Shown here piece by piece: positions 61,893 to 64,000 of a stretch of DNA of 64,000 nucleotides. Origin of the DNA: Carcharhinus longimanus (taxonomy: Eukaryota); the NCBI GenBank assembly GCA_030264375.1, contig JASCQW010000081.1:92243768-92307767 (forward strand), given 5' to 3'. The position numbers and the translations under genes are program-made. Position 1 is the stretch's first letter, and each line of letters starts with the position of its first letter. Below the pieces are notes generated by a model. The model ran no database searches and was not told where the DNA came from. It was given only the letters and a program-made list of their open reading frames with translations.

Positions 61893-63478
61893 TTTTGGGC
61901 CAGAGTCATCGTGGCAAAATTTAAATTCAATGCAAGCTCTTGGAAGTAAATTTTTAACGAAGACCATTAAACAATTTTCTATGTGGTAAAAACGCAACTC
62001 CTTCATTTATTCCCTTTAGGGAAGCGAATCTGTCGCATTGGCCTCCAGGTGGCTCCCAACCACAGCAATGTAGATAAATCCCAGGTGCTCTCCGAAATTG
62101 CTTAGCAAGCCATTGACTTGTATCTAATCGCCACAATTAAAACAGAAATAAATGAAAGCAGTCAGACAACACAGCATCGTCATAGACACCGGAAATGAAA
62201 AGGGGCTACCTAGTCCTGTTCATTCAGCAAAGTACACCATAATCGCATGTAGGATTTGCGCCAAAATTGGAAGGTTCGTCTCATAATCCATTCCATCAGT
62301 AATCTGGCATAGTTTTACTCACGGAATCATTCCCTACAGACAATGACCCAGACACCGCTATCAGCGGTGCTATTTGTCCTATTACACCAGAAGGACAGAT
62401 CCAGCAGATGGGGTGGCACAGTTGGATACCGTTTAGAGGGAAACCTTAGCATCGACTGCAGACCGTATCAAAATCTCATGGCATCAGGTCAAACGTGGTT
62501 TTGCGCTGATTACGACATAGCGTCCCCCTTCAGCACAGAACGAGAATTCCTCTATTTTGAACAGCACATGGAGGAATCATTAAGGGCGGTAGCGGCGCAG
62601 AATATATTTGTTTGACGGACTTGAATTCCTATTAACGACAGTGGCTCTGTAGCATCATTTCAGAACAAGCTGGCCCGTTTCTAAAGGAAACAAACCATAG
62701 ACGAGGACAGTGGCAGTTGATGAGTGAACAAACAAGAGGGAAGATATATTTGACTTTATCCTTACCAAACTGCCTTCCTCAGATGTATCTGTCCTTGACA
62801 GTATCGATAGGAGTGAGCATCACACAGTCCTTATGGAAGCAACGTCCCGTTTTCACACCGAGAATGCCCTCCATCGTGTTGTGTGGTACCGCCATCGTTC
62901 TAAGTGCGATTGGTTGCGAACGGACCTAGCAAACCAAGACGGGACATCCATGTGACTCTAATAGCTAACAGCAGCAACAGAATCAAGCATCAAGACAACA
63001 TTTGACAGAGTGACGCATCACAATGCCCCAGCAAAATTTAGCCATAATCTGTAATTTCATAGTTCGACATGTGCTCTACTCTATAATTACTACCATGACA
63101 GTTGGTCACCTTGGTTTATGAAGAGTGCAAAAGGTCATGGCAGGAGCAGCATTCCTAAAATGAGCTAACAACCTGATGAAGCCACAGTTTAGGACTCCAT
63201 GTGTGCTAAAAAAACATAAGTGACAAGTATTAGAGTTTACCAATTCTTCAGCAGTGGATAAGTTTTAATCACTACAGTCCTGTCACCCAGTTGTGAATGG
63301 TGGTACGTGATTAACCAACGCACTGAAGGAGGAGGAAATATCCAGAACCTCAATGCTGCAGGAGTTCTAAAAGTATGTAAAGCCATTCTCAACAATCTTC
63401 AGTCAGAAGTGCCAAAAATATCGGAGAATCTCTATAGTGCAGGAGAGGCCATTCTGCCCGCCATCCTTGCACGGATTT

Positions 63479-63858
63479 GGGGCGGCATGGTAGGACAGTG
63501 ATTAGCACTGCTGCTTCACAGCTCCAGGGACCTGGGTTCGATTCCCGACTTGGGACAGTGTCTATGTGGAGTTTGCACATTCACCCCGTGTCTGCGTGGG
63601 TTTCCTCCGGGTGATCCGGTTTCCTCCCACAGGGTTTCATCCCTATGTTCGGGATGCACCGGGTTCCTTCCATAGGGTTTTCTCCCTGTTCAAAAATTGC
63701 CCCTTAGTGTCCTGAGATGCATAGGCTAGAGTGATTAGCGGGTAAATGTGTTGGGATATGGGGTTAGGGCCTTGTTGGGATTGTGGTCTGTGCAGACTCG
63801 ACGGGTCAGATAGCCTTTTTCTGCATTGTAGGGTTTCTATAATTCTTTCTATGATTCT
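63479..63858 (+). mobile_element. HE1-type SINE with internal rearrangement
   Basis: gggcggcatggtaggacagtgattagcactgctgc...gggttcgattccc...tagggtttctataattct. Confidence 0.88.
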
Positions 63859-64000
63859 TTAACATTGTATCTTTCCCTGACCCTTTCCCCATCCTACCCC
63901 CAGAAAACCTCACATATCCAAGTCTAATCCAACTAACCTATAAATTCAGGGACACTATGTGCTAGGTTAGAATGGCTTCTAATCCAACTAACATGTACAT

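Noticed and set aside
1087-63580. ORFs in the supplied six-frame track as standalone genes
   Set aside because: They are SINE/LINE translations, gap-spanning artefacts or random frames; a few merely overlap a true microexon (47855-48040, 50670-50897, 61172-61513).
1-64000. CRISPR arrays, operons or other prokaryotic systems
   Set aside because: Vertebrate repeat landscape with spliceosomal introns; no repeat-spacer array or long ORFs.

Overview
Repeat-rich eukaryotic DNA from a cartilaginous fish, probably a shark, judged from many HE1-type tRNA-derived SINEs, CR1, Rex/Babar and RTE LINE remnants and Penelope-like element ends. There are nine assembly gaps. No ORF in the six-frame track is a real gene on its own. 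The main result is a minus-strand gene the ORF track cannot show: at least 27 symmetric phase-1 microexons (16 x 27 nt, 7 x 36 nt, 1 x 33, 2 x 24, 1 x 18) between 61494 and 989, each with a canonical AG/GT pair. Spliced, they give a stop-free 783-nt frame (261 aa, no Pro, one Gly) with clear heptad coiled-coil periodicity, in which a 36-nt plus a 27-nt exon make exactly three heptads. No start or stop was found, so the gene probably runs beyond both window edges, and its identity cannot be assigned from this sequence. The introns hold minimal hammerhead ribozyme motifs in Penelope-like ends, two near-perfect long palindromes, retroposon insertions at exon-like splice sites and recurrent G-tract expansions at one homologous CR1 position. 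Repeat boundaries are approximate and family names come from recalled consensus motifs, not database searches.
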